From contig JAXGPF010000007.1 in NCBI GenBank assembly GCA_040767085.1, forward strand, positions 192,001-256,000: a DNA stretch of 64,000 nucleotides. Reading direction: 5' to 3'. Shown here piece by piece: positions 18,941 to 28,545 of this stretch; positions within the stretch are counted from its first letter, which is position 1; each line of letters begins with the position of its first letter. Position numbers and translations under genes: made by a program. Origin of the DNA: Kiritimatiellia bacterium (GTDB lineage: Bacteria; Verrucomicrobiota; Kiritimatiellia; JAAZAB01). The notes beneath the pieces were generated by a model. The model searched no databases and was not told where the DNA came from. It saw only the letters and a program-made list of their open reading frames with translations.

Positions 18941-19255
18941 ATGCTGAACATCAACTTCGATCCGGAAACCCGCACCCACGTCTGCCAGTTCACCGGCAAG
19001 ATCACCAGCGCGGCCTGCCCCCCGCTGGCCGCCGAAATCGAAGCTAAAATCCGTGAAATCCAGGACGGCCGGCATAACGAGAAGGTGGCCTTCGACCTGG
19101 CCGGGGTGGATTTCATCGCTTCCGCCTTCCTGCGCATCTGCATGCTGGCGGCCCGGCAAATGCCCCCGGGGCATTTCATCATCGTCAACAGCCAGCCGGC
19201 GGTGCAGAAAATTTTCTCCATCGCCGGACTGGACGGCCTGACGGACACCCACTAA
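18941..19255 (+). CDS. STAS domain protein (anti-anti-sigma-like)
   Basis: FDLAGVDFIASAFLR and VQKIFSIAGL motifs; AGGAA RBS. Confidence 0.88.
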   Translation: MLNINFDPETRTHVCQFTGKITSAACPPLAAEIEAKIREIQDGRHNEKVAFDLAGVDFIASAFLRICMLAARQMPPGHFIIVNSQPAVQKIFSIAGLDGLTDTH

Positions 19256-19327
19256 ACCGTTCCGTTTCGGCATGATATTCCGCTGCATGGGACAGGCATT
19301 CTGGCGCAGTTAAGCCGGACAAGTTAA

Positions 19328-19433
19328 TCTCATAAAGACACTAAGCCGCGAAGGGTGAGTGGATTGCGGATGCTGAAGGCAAACAAGGTTTTCCTGCTTG
19401 GTTTTTTCTTGGCGCCTTGGTGGCTTCGTGCGA
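19328..19433. repeat. inverted arms of 3x 8-bp periodic units
   Basis: TCATAAAG-ACACTAAG-CCGCGAAG ... CTTGGCGC-CTTGGTGG-CTTCGTGC. Confidence 0.7.
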
Positions 19434-19460
19434 TAATATTTTTTCGTGTGCAGGTAAATA

Positions 19461-19525
19461 ATCTGCGCAGATCCGCGTCATCCGTGGATAAAAATGATCC
19501 GCAGATGACACAGGTGCACCCAGAT
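19461..19525. repeat. imperfect palindrome of 9/10-bp periodic units
   Basis: ATCTGCGCAG-ATCCGCGTC-ATCCGTGGAT / ATCCGCAGAT-GACACAGGT-GCACCCAGAT with 7-nt loop. Confidence 0.75.
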
Positions 19526-19585
19526 GAGATGAACAGCTTAATCAGGTTGCGGGCGTAGCCCGCGAAAAGACCTGAAGGATTTACT

Positions 19586-22045
19586 ATGAAAATGCTTGTT
19601 ATCGGGGGAGTGGCGGCGGGGATGTCGGCGGCGGCGCGCGCGCGGCGGCTGGACGAAACGGCATCCATCATTGTTTTCGAACGCGGCGATTTCGTTTCAT
19701 TCGCCAACTGCGGCCTGCCTTACCACATCGGCGGCAAGATTGCCGACCGCGACCAACTGCTCCTGCAGACGCCGCAAAGCCTGGCCGCCACGCTGAATCT
19801 TGACGTGCGGACCGGAACCGAAGTCGAGGCAATTGACCGCGCCGCCCGGCAGGTGCGCGTGCGCGAACTGGCCGCCGGCAAAACCTACACGGAAACGTAT
19901 GATAAACTAGTCCTGGCGCCCGGCGCCGCGCCGCTGCGGCCGCCGCTGCCCGGGATTGACCACCCGCGCATTTGCGTGCTGCGCAATATCGCCGACATGG
20001 ATCGCATCCAGAAGCTGCTGGAAGAGGGCGCCAAGGCGGCGGTAGTGATCGGCGGCGGCTACATCGGCGTGGAAATGGCGGAAAACCTGCGGGAACGCGG
20101 GCTGGCGGTGGACCTGGTGGAAATGGTGGACCAGGTGATGCCGCCGCTCGACCGCGAAATGGCGCGGCCGCTGGAAAACCACCTGCGCTGGCACGGCGTG
20201 AATCTGCACCTGGGCGTGGCCGCCGCCGCCTTCACGGAAAGCGAAGGACGCCTGCGCACGGAACTGGTTAACGGCCAAATGCTCATGGCCGACCTGGTGA
20301 TTTTATCCGCCGGCGTCAAGCCGGACCTCCGGCTGGCGCGGGCCGCCGGCCTGGCCATCGGCCCGCGCGGCGGCATCCAGGTGGACCAGCACATGCGGAC
20401 CAATGACCCGCACATTTACGCCGCCGGCGATGCGGTGGAAGTCACCGACCTGGCGCTCTGCTGCCCCACCCTGCTCCCGCTGGCCGGGCCGGCCAACCGG
20501 CAGGGCCGGATTGCGGGTGAAAACGTCTGCGGACGCCATACGGTTTATACCGCCACGCAGGGCACGGCCATCGTCAAAGTTTTCGAGATGACCGGGGGCG
20601 GCACGGGCGCCAATGAAAAATCGCTCCAGCGCGCCGGCATAAATTACCGCAAAATCTATCTGCACCCCTCCGGCCATGCCGGCTACTACCCCGGCAGCGC
20701 GCCGATGAACATGAAGGTCCTGTTCGCGCCGGGCGACGGCAAACTGCTGGGCGCGCAGGTGGTGGGATACGACGGCGTGGACAAGCGCCTCGACGTCCTG
20801 GCCACGGCCATCCGCGCCGGCCTGCAAGTCCATGACCTGGAATCCCTGGAACTGGCTTACGCCCCGCCTTACGGCTCGGCCAAGGATCCGGTCAACATGG
20901 CCGGCTTCATTGGAACTAACCTGCTGCATGGCGACCTGGAACTCTGGTACCCGGAGGAGTATCCCGACCAGACCAGAAACGCGGTGCTCCTGGACGTGCG
21001 GTCGGCGATGGAATACGACACCTGGCATATTCCCGGGGCGGTCAATATCCCGCTGGATAAGCTGCGCGGCAATCTCGACCGCCTGCCGCGCGGGCAGACC
21101 ATCCTGGTGTACTGCAAGGTCGGCTTCCGCAGCTACCTGGCTTACCGCCTTTTGAAACAGCGCGGGTACGACGTCAAGACGCTGTCGGGCGGGACGATGA
21201 CGTTCTGCAACTATCACCGCACGGGCATCTGCCCGGGCACCCCTGAGCCGCCGCTGCTGTCATACGCCGAAGAGCGCCAGTTGGCCCCGGCCGCCGCCCC
21301 GCCCGTCCCGGGCCGGGTGGTGGAGTTGAACTGCGCCGGGATGCAATGCCCGGGCCCCATCCGCCGCCTGGCGGAGACCATGCAGGGCTTGCAGACGGGC
21401 GACGAACTAATAGTGAGCGCTTCCGACCCCGGCTTTACCGCCGACGGCGCCGCCTGGTGCCGCCACTTCGGACACACGCTCGTGAGCCAGGAGCAGGCGG
21501 GCCCCCTGGTGCGGCTGCGCATCCGCAAGGGCGGGCCGATGCAGCCGGCCGCAGCGGCAAACTCCGACAAGCCGGCGGGCGCCGGCAAACCGCGCAAGAC
21601 CATGGTGGTTTTTTCCGGGGACCTCGACAAGGTGCTGGCCGCCTTCGTCATCGCCAACGGCGCGGTCAGCATGGGCAGCGAGGTGGTGATGTTTTTCACC
21701 TTCTGGGGCATCAACGCCCTGCGCCGCTCGGGGCCGCAGGCGCCGGGCAAGACCCTGTTGGATCGAATCTTCGGCTGGATGATGCCGCAAGGCGCTGCCG
21801 CGCTACGCCTGTCCCAGATGCACATGGGCGCTTTAATGCGCCGGGTAATGCGCGCCAAGCAAGTGGATTCGCTGCCCGGCATGATCGCCCAGGCGCAGGC
21901 CGCCGGCGTCAAGCTGGTGGTCTGTTCCATGTCCATGGACGTCATGGGGCTTAAGCGCGAAGAATTGATTGACGGCCTGGAAATCGGCGGCGTCGCCGCA
22001 TTTCTGGGGGAATCCGCCGGGGCGGACATGACGCTTTTCATTTAA
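19586..22045 (+). CDS. CoA-disulfide/persulfide reductase fused to rhodanese, TusA and DsrE-like domains
   Basis: GGVAAG, SFANCGLPY, GGGYIG, LAYAPPY; rhodanese YCKVGFR; TusA CAGMQCPGP; DsrE FFTFWG...CSMSMDVMG. Confidence 0.92.
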   Translation: MKMLVIGGVAAGMSAAARARRLDETASIIVFERGDFVSFANCGLPYHIGGKIADRDQLLLQTPQSLAATLNLDVRTGTEVEAIDRAARQVRVRELAAGKTYTETYDKLVLAPGAAPLRPPLPGIDHPRICVLRNIADMDRIQKLLEEGAKAAVVIGGGYIGVEMAENLRERGLAVDLVEMVDQVMPPLDREMARPLENHLRWHGVNLHLGVAAAAFTESEGRLRTELVNGQMLMADLVILSAGVKPDLRLARAAGLAIGPRGGIQVDQHMRTNDPHIYAAGDAVEVTDLALCCPTLLPLAGPANRQGRIAGENVCGRHTVYTATQGTAIVKVFEMTGGGTGANEKSLQRAGINYRKIYLHPSGHAGYYPGSAPMNMKVLFAPGDGKLLGAQVVGYDGVDKRLDVLATAIRAGLQVHDLESLELAYAPPYGSAKDPVNMAGFIGTNLLHGDLELWYPEEYPDQTRNAVLLDVRSAMEYDTWHIPGAVNIPLDKLRGNLDRLPRGQTILVYCKVGFRSYLAYRLLKQRGYDVKTLSGGTMTFCNYHRTGICPGTPEPPLLSYAEERQLAPAAAPPVPGRVVELNCAGMQCPGPIRRLAETMQGLQTGDELIVSASDPGFTADGAAWCRHFGHTLVSQEQAGPLVRLRIRKGGPMQPAAAANSDKPAGAGKPRKTMVVFSGDLDKVLAAFVIANGAVSMGSEVVMFFTFWGINALRRSGPQAPGKTLLDRIFGWMMPQGAAALRLSQMHMGALMRRVMRAKQVDSLPGMIAQAQAAGVKLVVCSMSMDVMGLKREELIDGLEIGGVAAFLGESAGADMTLFI

Positions 22046-22134
22046 CAGCGTTCAGGTGGTCAGATTGACGCCCGTGCGGGCATGGAAGGGATGCGCAGAG
22101 GCCGTAGCGTCCCATTCGGCGATACAAGGCGCCT

Positions 22135-24114
22135 TCATGCCGTCGGGAACACTCCCCGCGACACGCGCGCGCGGGCCGGGCGGCGGAATCGCCGGGCTTC
22201 CCGCCGGATGGCCGCTTCCAGCGCCCGGCATTTGGCCGCGGTATATGGCTGCCCTGCGCCATCCACCGGATTCAACAAGGTGACAGCCCCGGCGGGCAGG
22301 GCGGCCAAGGCGGCGACATCGCCCCAGCGCAGGATGCCGGGCACATGGATGGCCATGGATTTGCCGCTGCGGGCGCCCTGGTACAGGTAAGAGCCCTGCA
22401 AGTTCACGCAGGTGACGGACTGTATCCGGCGATTGAAGGCGGCGGCGCACAAGGCCGCCAGCCCGGCTTCGCCGTAAGCGCGGATTTCCAGGCGGGCGCG
22501 CGGGTAAATTCCGGCAACCGCCCGCGCGAGCGCCTGGATATCGCAAACCCAATCGCCGAGCATGGTGCGCCCCAGCCAGAAACAGGCGCGCGCATGGTCA
22601 TGGTAACTCTGTTCGCCCAGTTGGCTCAAGTTGTAGCAGGTTTCACCGGTCCCGCGCAAATCCGCAAACACCAGCGCCGGGGCACGGCGGCCGCCGCCGG
22701 CGGTCCAGGCATCATCCGCCAGCGCGGCTTTGCCGTGCGGATGCAGCACCAGCGCCACGGTTTTGATCGGCCCGGCGGCTGGCGGAGTGACAAGCGCCGA
22801 CGGCAGCAGGATATTCGGCTCCGACTCCACCGCGAATTTGCGGATGCAACGTCCGGCTTCCTCCACCGTCCCGAATTCGACCGGCGCGGCAGCCGCCGGA
22901 GAACGCGGGCGCAGCAATGCCTGCAATTGGCGCAGTTTGACCGCGCGGCTGACGGCGATCCGATCAGCGCCGGCCAGCAACCGCCGGCCCGCGATGCGGC
23001 AATATTCGGGAATGGAGACCACCGAAGGCGGACGGCGGCCGGACGGGAAACACAGGCACCGCTCCTCGGGCAGCGTTTGGAATGCGGGCAAATCGCAAGG
23101 CCGGCCTTCGCCCTCGTCCTTCAGCCAGCGTTTGAACCAGCCCAGCATGCAGCGCTGCATTTCCGGCCAGTAGCCATGGGGCCTGTCAAAAACCTGGTAG
23201 GCCAGCCTGTCTTCCGCGCCGTACAGGCGGTAAACCCGGCTGGCGGCGCTGAAGGAACGCAGCATCTCCGGCACGCAGAAGGCAGGGCCGTCGCGCAGTG
23301 CGTTCAAAAGCAGCAGGGCGTTGGGCGCAACCAGGCCGAGCGCCGCCCATTCCTCCATGAAGGTCAAACCGTTCGGCAATACTTCACACACGCAGTTAGA
23401 GCGGGTGACATATGATTCGAACGTCCCCACCGACACCACCGGCACGGCCGCCTTGATCCGCGGGTCGGCCGCCGCCAGCCACATGGTCTGGTTGCCGCCG
23501 CCGGAGGCGCCGGTCACGCCGATGCGATCGGCATTCACGTTCGGCATGGACTGCAAAAGGTCAATGCCGCGCATATTGTCGTAAAGCTGCATACCCAGCA
23601 GGGTTTCGCCAAGATCAAAGAGCCCGGCGCCGATGCCGGCCCCATGGTATTCATATTTCCCGGGGATGGAGCTGCGTTCGCCGGCGCCGAATGCGTCAAT
23701 CGCCAGCACGACGAATCCGTTCAAGGCGAGCAGGTGTCCGCGTTCCTGCACGCGGCCGGCGATTTTGCCTTGGGCATGATGACCATGGACGCCGATAATC
23801 CCCGGGAATGGCCCCGGGCCGTCCGGCACGTATAAATTGGCGGTGACCCGCATGCCCGGGCGGCTTTGATAGGTAATTTTGCGGAGTTCGTAGCCCGACA
23901 GCCGGATCACGCCATGCACCTGCGGTTCCAGCGCCGGCGGCGGGGGAAATGTGCCGGCATTGGAACGGATGGCGGACAGCAAGGCGCGGCGTTGCGCGCG
24001 CCATTGCGGCAGAGTCAAAGGCGGCTGGCGCCGCCAATGCCATTGACGGGCTTCGCCGATTTGATGATCTTTGACCAGTTCCAACGGTTTTTCCTGCCAG
24101 ACGTCCAGATTCAT
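22135..24114 (-). CDS. alpha/beta-hydrolase (acetylxylan-esterase-like), two hydrolase domains
   Basis: VTANLYVP, HGH, IGVTGASGGGNQT nucleophile elbow, HGY; second degenerate domain. Confidence 0.85.
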   Translation of the reverse strand: MNLDVWQEKPLELVKDHQIGEARQWHWRRQPPLTLPQWRAQRRALLSAIRSNAGTFPPPPALEPQVHGVIRLSGYELRKITYQSRPGMRVTANLYVPDGPGPFPGIIGVHGHHAQGKIAGRVQERGHLLALNGFVVLAIDAFGAGERSSIPGKYEYHGAGIGAGLFDLGETLLGMQLYDNMRGIDLLQSMPNVNADRIGVTGASGGGNQTMWLAAADPRIKAAVPVVSVGTFESYVTRSNCVCEVLPNGLTFMEEWAALGLVAPNALLLLNALRDGPAFCVPEMLRSFSAASRVYRLYGAEDRLAYQVFDRPHGYWPEMQRCMLGWFKRWLKDEGEGRPCDLPAFQTLPEERCLCFPSGRRPPSVVSIPEYCRIAGRRLLAGADRIAVSRAVKLRQLQALLRPRSPAAAAPVEFGTVEEAGRCIRKFAVESEPNILLPSALVTPPAAGPIKTVALVLHPHGKAALADDAWTAGGGRRAPALVFADLRGTGETCYNLSQLGEQSYHDHARACFWLGRTMLGDWVCDIQALARAVAGIYPRARLEIRAYGEAGLAALCAAAFNRRIQSVTCVNLQGSYLYQGARSGKSMAIHVPGILRWGDVAALAALPAGAVTLLNPVDGAGQPYTAAKCRALEAAIRREARRFRRPARARVSRGVFPTA

Positions 24115-24121
24115 GTTGTTG

Positions 24122-24210
24122 GTTCCAGGATTAGGGGTTCAGGATTCGGTGTTCTGACATAACACTTTAAAACCTCAAACCTTAAAACTTCCAAAACGTG
24201 AGTTTTAAAA
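24122..24210. repeat. 7-bp periodic tandem repeats
   Basis: TCCAGGA-TTAGGGG-TTCAGGA-TTCGGTG-TTCTGAC then TAAAACC-TCAAACC-TTAAAAC. Confidence 0.6.
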
Positions 24211-24314
24211 TTGGCGCGCGCGCATCCCATAGAAAATAAAAAGTGTTGGAATAATCCCCGGCGTCATAACATAATGACGGGCGACCAAGCCAAACCGAAA
24301 GGATCATTCCAACG

Positions 24315-24464
24315 ATGATCAAATACACCATGTTGAAGCAGGTCTGCAATCTTTATCCTGGATTGCGCAGGATTATTCCGCCGCATTTGGTAAAGCGCCT
24401 GGCACAGGAACACGGTGTTGATAAAAAGAGCAGGACATTCACGACTGGCGGCAATTTTATTTGA
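24315..24464 (+). pseudogene. N-terminal stub of IS4-family (DUF4372-like) transposase
   Basis: MIKYTMLKQVCNL...IPPHLVKRLAQEHGVDKKSRTF then stop after 49 aa. Confidence 0.6.
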
Positions 24465-24746
24465 TAATATACATGGTGCCCACCGTCACAAACTCGTAGC
24501 ACCCCATATCCGCCAACCGGCTAAACCGGTCAAGCCGCGAATGCCCGTCCAAATCCAAAGCGTCCGGCATCCACGCCTGGTTTGTTCCGGTGTTCACACA
24601 CGGGGAAGCCGCCCCAAGCCGGTAATTACCGGAAATAAAATTCACAAACTGCGGATCATAATTTATATTATTTAATCCATAATTTTCTGGCGGCGCAGGC
24701 GCCATGCATGAGTTGGATACGGATGACATTGTCGCGGGCGCAGATA
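24457..24746 (-). pseudogene. 3' part (choice-of-anchor-Q-like C-terminus) of the split beta-helix gene
   Basis: DPQFVN...NYRLGAASPCVNTG...DLDGHSR...DMGCYE; continues the 25669-27201 frame across the insertion. Confidence 0.85.
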
Positions 24747-25763
24747 AAGAGAATAAATATTTCCTCCGTTGCGTATGCAATGGCTACTGGCTGACAAGGG
24801 TGGCTCTTTGTGTTTCTGGTTTTAAAGGAAATATGGTGTTGATGGTGGGACAAGGAAAGTGGATGCGGACCGCTCGCCAACCGGACTGCCCGCGCGGGGC
24901 GACCCTGGCGACAGAACTCTGCCTGAAGGATTTTGTGCCCACTTTGAAGGGGCATTTGCATGAAAGCCGGCCGGGTATTCCCCCGAACTTGGCGGGTCGT
25001 GAAACCGCTCGATGCGCAGTGCCTGCCGACCCGCAAGGGATGCTTGGGATAGGCGCGGATCAACCCGTTGATGTTCTCGTTGGAGCCACGCTCCGAGTGA
25101 TGGTCGCGCAAAGAATATAACCCGTTGTGTTGAGATTCTCGTGCCAGGCAAACTCTGCCTTGTCCATCAGAGACGCGCCGCCAGCGGGTCGGAAACCCGC
25201 GCACAGCCGGGGTAAAGGGTTCCTTGGGTCCGTGCGGCCCACAAGGCGAATGTTGCGCTCGAAGTCATTCCCGCTCTGCCACGGTTGACAGATCGCTTCC
25301 ATGTCCAACCTTGGCCGCCACTTCCGCCGCCGGGATATCCGCTGGCAGCTTCCGGCGGCCAAGCCTCTGCGCTGGACGCTGCGCCGGCCCGCTTGCGGGC
25401 GCTCGCGGCGGTTGCGCACAAATGCCAGCCGGCCGCGTTGCTTTGATTTCCTTGCATAGCTATCACGCCCAACCGGGCCCGTGATTATCTCCGGCGTCAA
25501 CCCTGTCGTAGCCTCTTCGCATCCAAGGCAGCTCGGTAAACCGAGGAGCTGCTGAACGTCAGGACCAGCGCTTTTCGGCCGATAGCTTCTCCGCGGTTAC
25601 CAGTTTGGCTGATTCCGCCGCTCAACCCTTGGCTATTTCCCGAACCAGTTCACCCACAAATTCACGGGTCACGCGTAATTTATATTATTTAATCCATAAT
25701 TTTCTGGCGGCGCAGGCGCCATGCATGAGTTGGATACGGATGACATTGTCGCGGGCGCAGATA
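24659..25763. repeat. 88-bp exact direct duplication (24659-24746 and 25676-25763) flanking an insertion
   Basis: TAATTTATATTATTTAATCC...GCGGGCGCAGATA present twice, offset 1017 bp. Confidence 0.95.
24770..25675 (-). mobile_element. IS30-family element, heavily frameshifted
   Basis: Colinear fragments in shifting frames: REIAK, SYRPEK, TPEIITG, AEVAAKVGH..DL, DKAEFAWH, ERGSNENINGLIRAY; ends not resolvable. Confidence 0.7.
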
Positions 25764-27201
25764 TATAATGATTTGAATAAGTATTTCCTGCGTTATTAAA
25801 ATAAACAATGGTATTATTCATCCTTCCAACCAAATGATTGATTTCATTGCTTGTGCCAATATAAACTCCGCCGCCGTTGGAAACCGAATGATTGCTGACG
25901 ATGGTGCAATTGTTTATATGCAAGCCGGTGCGATAATGATAGATGCCGCCGCCTGAATTACCGGCATAATTACCGCGAATCAAGCAATTCCTGATCTCGC
26001 CGCCGCCCGTCCAGAAGTTTATGCCGCCGCCGCTATTTCCGATGTTATCCGCGATCAGACAAGCATCCACAAGGGAATTGGTGGAAATAAATAATCCGCC
26101 TCCTCCATGGGTTGATCCGGTTCCCAATGCGTGATTATTCACTACGTCGCAACGTCTTACGATGCCGCCATCAACCGCAATGCCGCCGCCCATAGCGCCT
26201 GAGGTATTATTGCTGATTAAAGAATCTTCCAACAGTCCGCCGGCAATATACACACCGCCGCCGCCGTATCCAGAGGATCGCGTGGTGTTGCGGCTGGTAT
26301 TGCCGACCATGATGCAGTGACGCGCTTCCGCCGCCAATGAGAATAAACCGCCGGAATAATGGGCGCTGTTTCCATAAAACTGATTGGAATCGATCAGGCC
26401 GCCCTTGGCATATATACCACCGCCAAAGCCGCCGGCCCAATTGGATGCAATCATGCATCTTCTTGCCTCGGTGTTGATGTCCATATATATTCCGCCGCCA
26501 TCTATTTTAATAGCTTTATTATTACTTACCACCGTATCCACCAGCACCCCGTTGTTACGGACATATAATCCACCGCCATAGTTAGTGCTTTCATTGGCGA
26601 CGATTTCGCAATTGGTCACCATTCCGCCGTCATCCAGGTAAACTCCTCCCCCGTAATATTCGGAACGATTCCCGGTGACCAGGCAATCATCCAGCACGGC
26701 GCTGTTGGTGACATAAATCCCGCCGCCGGATTTACCGGGATTAGCAGATCCGGTGAGGGCGGCGCCGTTGGTTATGGTTAATCCCCGCAAAACGGCCTGA
26801 GGATGATCCAACCAGAAGCAACGATTGGTAAAACCAGGAGAATTACCGTCGACAATTGTGCCGTTACGGTCAATATCCCCCTTGTTCCAACTGCGGACAG
26901 TCATGGCGCTTGCGATGACAACCTGACCGGTCAGGTAATACGTGCCGTTGGACAGCCAGACATTTGTCCATCCCTGTCCGGCTGCCGCGGCAACAGCTTC
27001 ATGGATGCTGGTGGCGGCGCTGGCCCATGAATCATATGGGGCGCTGGGATTCGCATCGGGTGTCCCGGGCGGAACCACATAACTGATCTGGGCGCAGGCG
27101 TTAACAGTCGCAAGACAAGCGATAATTATCACCCGTCTGCCTGAATACCGGCGTTGGCAAGATTCAAAGGAATTGGTTTGTTCCATAAGGGCAACCCCCA
27201 T
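25669..27201 (-). CDS. secreted right-handed beta-helix repeat protein (5' part, interrupted)
   Basis: Signal-like N-terminus, PYDSWASAATSI, many GGG(I/V/L)Y + NxA repeats; truncated at the duplication. Confidence 0.88.
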   Translation of the reverse strand: MGVALMEQTNSFESCQRRYSGRRVIIIACLATVNACAQISYVVPPGTPDANPSAPYDSWASAATSIHEAVAAAAGQGWTNVWLSNGTYYLTGQVVIASAMTVRSWNKGDIDRNGTIVDGNSPGFTNRCFWLDHPQAVLRGLTITNGAALTGSANPGKSGGGIYVTNSAVLDDCLVTGNRSEYYGGGVYLDDGGMVTNCEIVANESTNYGGGLYVRNNGVLVDTVVSNNKAIKIDGGGIYMDINTEARRCMIASNWAGGFGGGIYAKGGLIDSNQFYGNSAHYSGGLFSLAAEARHCIMVGNTSRNTTRSSGYGGGGVYIAGGLLEDSLISNNTSGAMGGGIAVDGGIVRRCDVVNNHALGTGSTHGGGGLFISTNSLVDACLIADNIGNSGGGINFWTGGGEIRNCLIRGNYAGNSGGGIYHYRTGLHINNCTIVSNHSVSNGGGVYIGTSNEINHLVGRMNNTIVYFNNAGNTYSNHYISAPATMSSVSNSCMAPAPPENYGLNNINYA

Positions 27202-27202
27202 A

Positions 27203-28522
27203 TTATTTTTTTACTTCCACGGTCACTTTTTGCCAACTTTGCGTTGGAAAATAATCCTCAAGCACCTGCGCCTGGTCGCCGCCGCGGGGAGTGATGCAGA
27301 CAGCATAAGAATATTTGCGGATGGCCGGCTGGTTTTCAATCTCGCCGGCCGATTCCTCCCATTCGTCCAGCAACAACGCGCCAGATTCATTGCGGCCGGG
27401 CGTTTGGCCATCCGCGCCGGTTAATGCCTTGCGGATTATGCGATCATCCTGCTCACACCGGGCCATGACAATGACATTATTGACCGGACGCCCATACGTG
27501 TCAATTACTTTTATAACCACATGCCGGCTGGAAACAGCACGAATGCATTCCCGCATTTCCGCGGCGCTCTTTGTTTCGCTAACGCCGCCGATGTGCGAAT
27601 TACGGACTTTAAAAACGGCATTCGTTCGCGCCGCGTAAAGGTTGCGTTTCACCGGCGGTTTGATGTCGCAATCCACCAGATAAAGATTGCCGGCGCAAAG
27701 CGACCAATTGACTTCATTATCTTCAAACCTGCATTCCGTCAATATGGCTGCAATCGGGTAACGATCTGAATCGCTGACGGCGACTTTCAAGCGGCGGAAA
27801 GTTACGCCGCGCATGACCTGCGGCCCCCAACAGAAAGCATTATTGCTGTCTTCAAAAATGCAGTTTTTAATGCTGCTGTTTTTGGCGTTCAAGCCGTAGC
27901 CAATCGTGCCTGTCACCCGTGAAATCACCGTATTTTCAATAATTATCTTATTCAGATAAAGATAAAGATGGCGTCCGATGGGATATTTCGGGTCAGCCGA
28001 GGAAAGCAATCCGTTGTAGACATGCAATTCACCGCTGTTCACCACCCCGGCGGACATGGTCCTGCCTCTGTAATAAGCGCCGGCATGAATGGTGTGTGTC
28101 GCATCCGGAGTGTTGTTGAACAGCAATTTCGCGTAAATGCCCGTATTGCCGGAACATCCCAGGGTCATTCGGTTGATTTTTTGCGGACTGGCCGGATAAA
28201 TCACCAGGTTGCCGTTCATTATCAATGTTGTATTGGGGTGTTCGGGCGAACCCAACTGAAAAAAGGTCTCGGTGTTATTATCGCGTCCGACCCATAGGTT
28301 GGCATTAATTGAATAAACGTCGTTGGAGCGTTCATAATGCACCAACCCCCAATCGTTCACCTGGTCAGCAAACAAAATCTGCCGGGGGGCAGCCGGCAAT
28401 TCCTCGGTATAATCATACAACCAGATGGCGTTGGCCTCCCGGTTATACACGCAGGCGGCATGCGCGCGCCAGAACAGGCAGAGAAACACGACAAATAACA
28501 GATGTGAGCTTGCATGTTTCAT
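27203..28522 (-). CDS. secreted hypothetical protein, beta-helix-like with C-terminal Ig/carboxypeptidase-regulatory-like domain
   Basis: Signal peptide; IKNCIFE/LTECRFEDN repeats; VIDTYGRPV...TGADGQT. Confidence 0.7.
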   Translation of the reverse strand: MKHASSHLLFVVFLCLFWRAHAACVYNREANAIWLYDYTEELPAAPRQILFADQVNDWGLVHYERSNDVYSINANLWVGRDNNTETFFQLGSPEHPNTTLIMNGNLVIYPASPQKINRMTLGCSGNTGIYAKLLFNNTPDATHTIHAGAYYRGRTMSAGVVNSGELHVYNGLLSSADPKYPIGRHLYLYLNKIIIENTVISRVTGTIGYGLNAKNSSIKNCIFEDSNNAFCWGPQVMRGVTFRRLKVAVSDSDRYPIAAILTECRFEDNEVNWSLCAGNLYLVDCDIKPPVKRNLYAARTNAVFKVRNSHIGGVSETKSAAEMRECIRAVSSRHVVIKVIDTYGRPVNNVIVMARCEQDDRIIRKALTGADGQTPGRNESGALLLDEWEESAGEIENQPAIRKYSYAVCITPRGGDQAQVLEDYFPTQSWQKVTVEVKK

Positions 28523-28545
28523 TATTCATTCCCGCATAATAGCAA

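Noticed and set aside
19328-19525. CRISPR array
   Set aside because: Units are 8-10 bp, degenerate and inverted, with no spacers or cas genes; no CRISPR array was seen anywhere in the window
24747-25675. Insert as a group II intron or ncRNA
   Set aside because: No GUGCG 5' end or domain V recognised; colinear IS30 transposase fragments explain it
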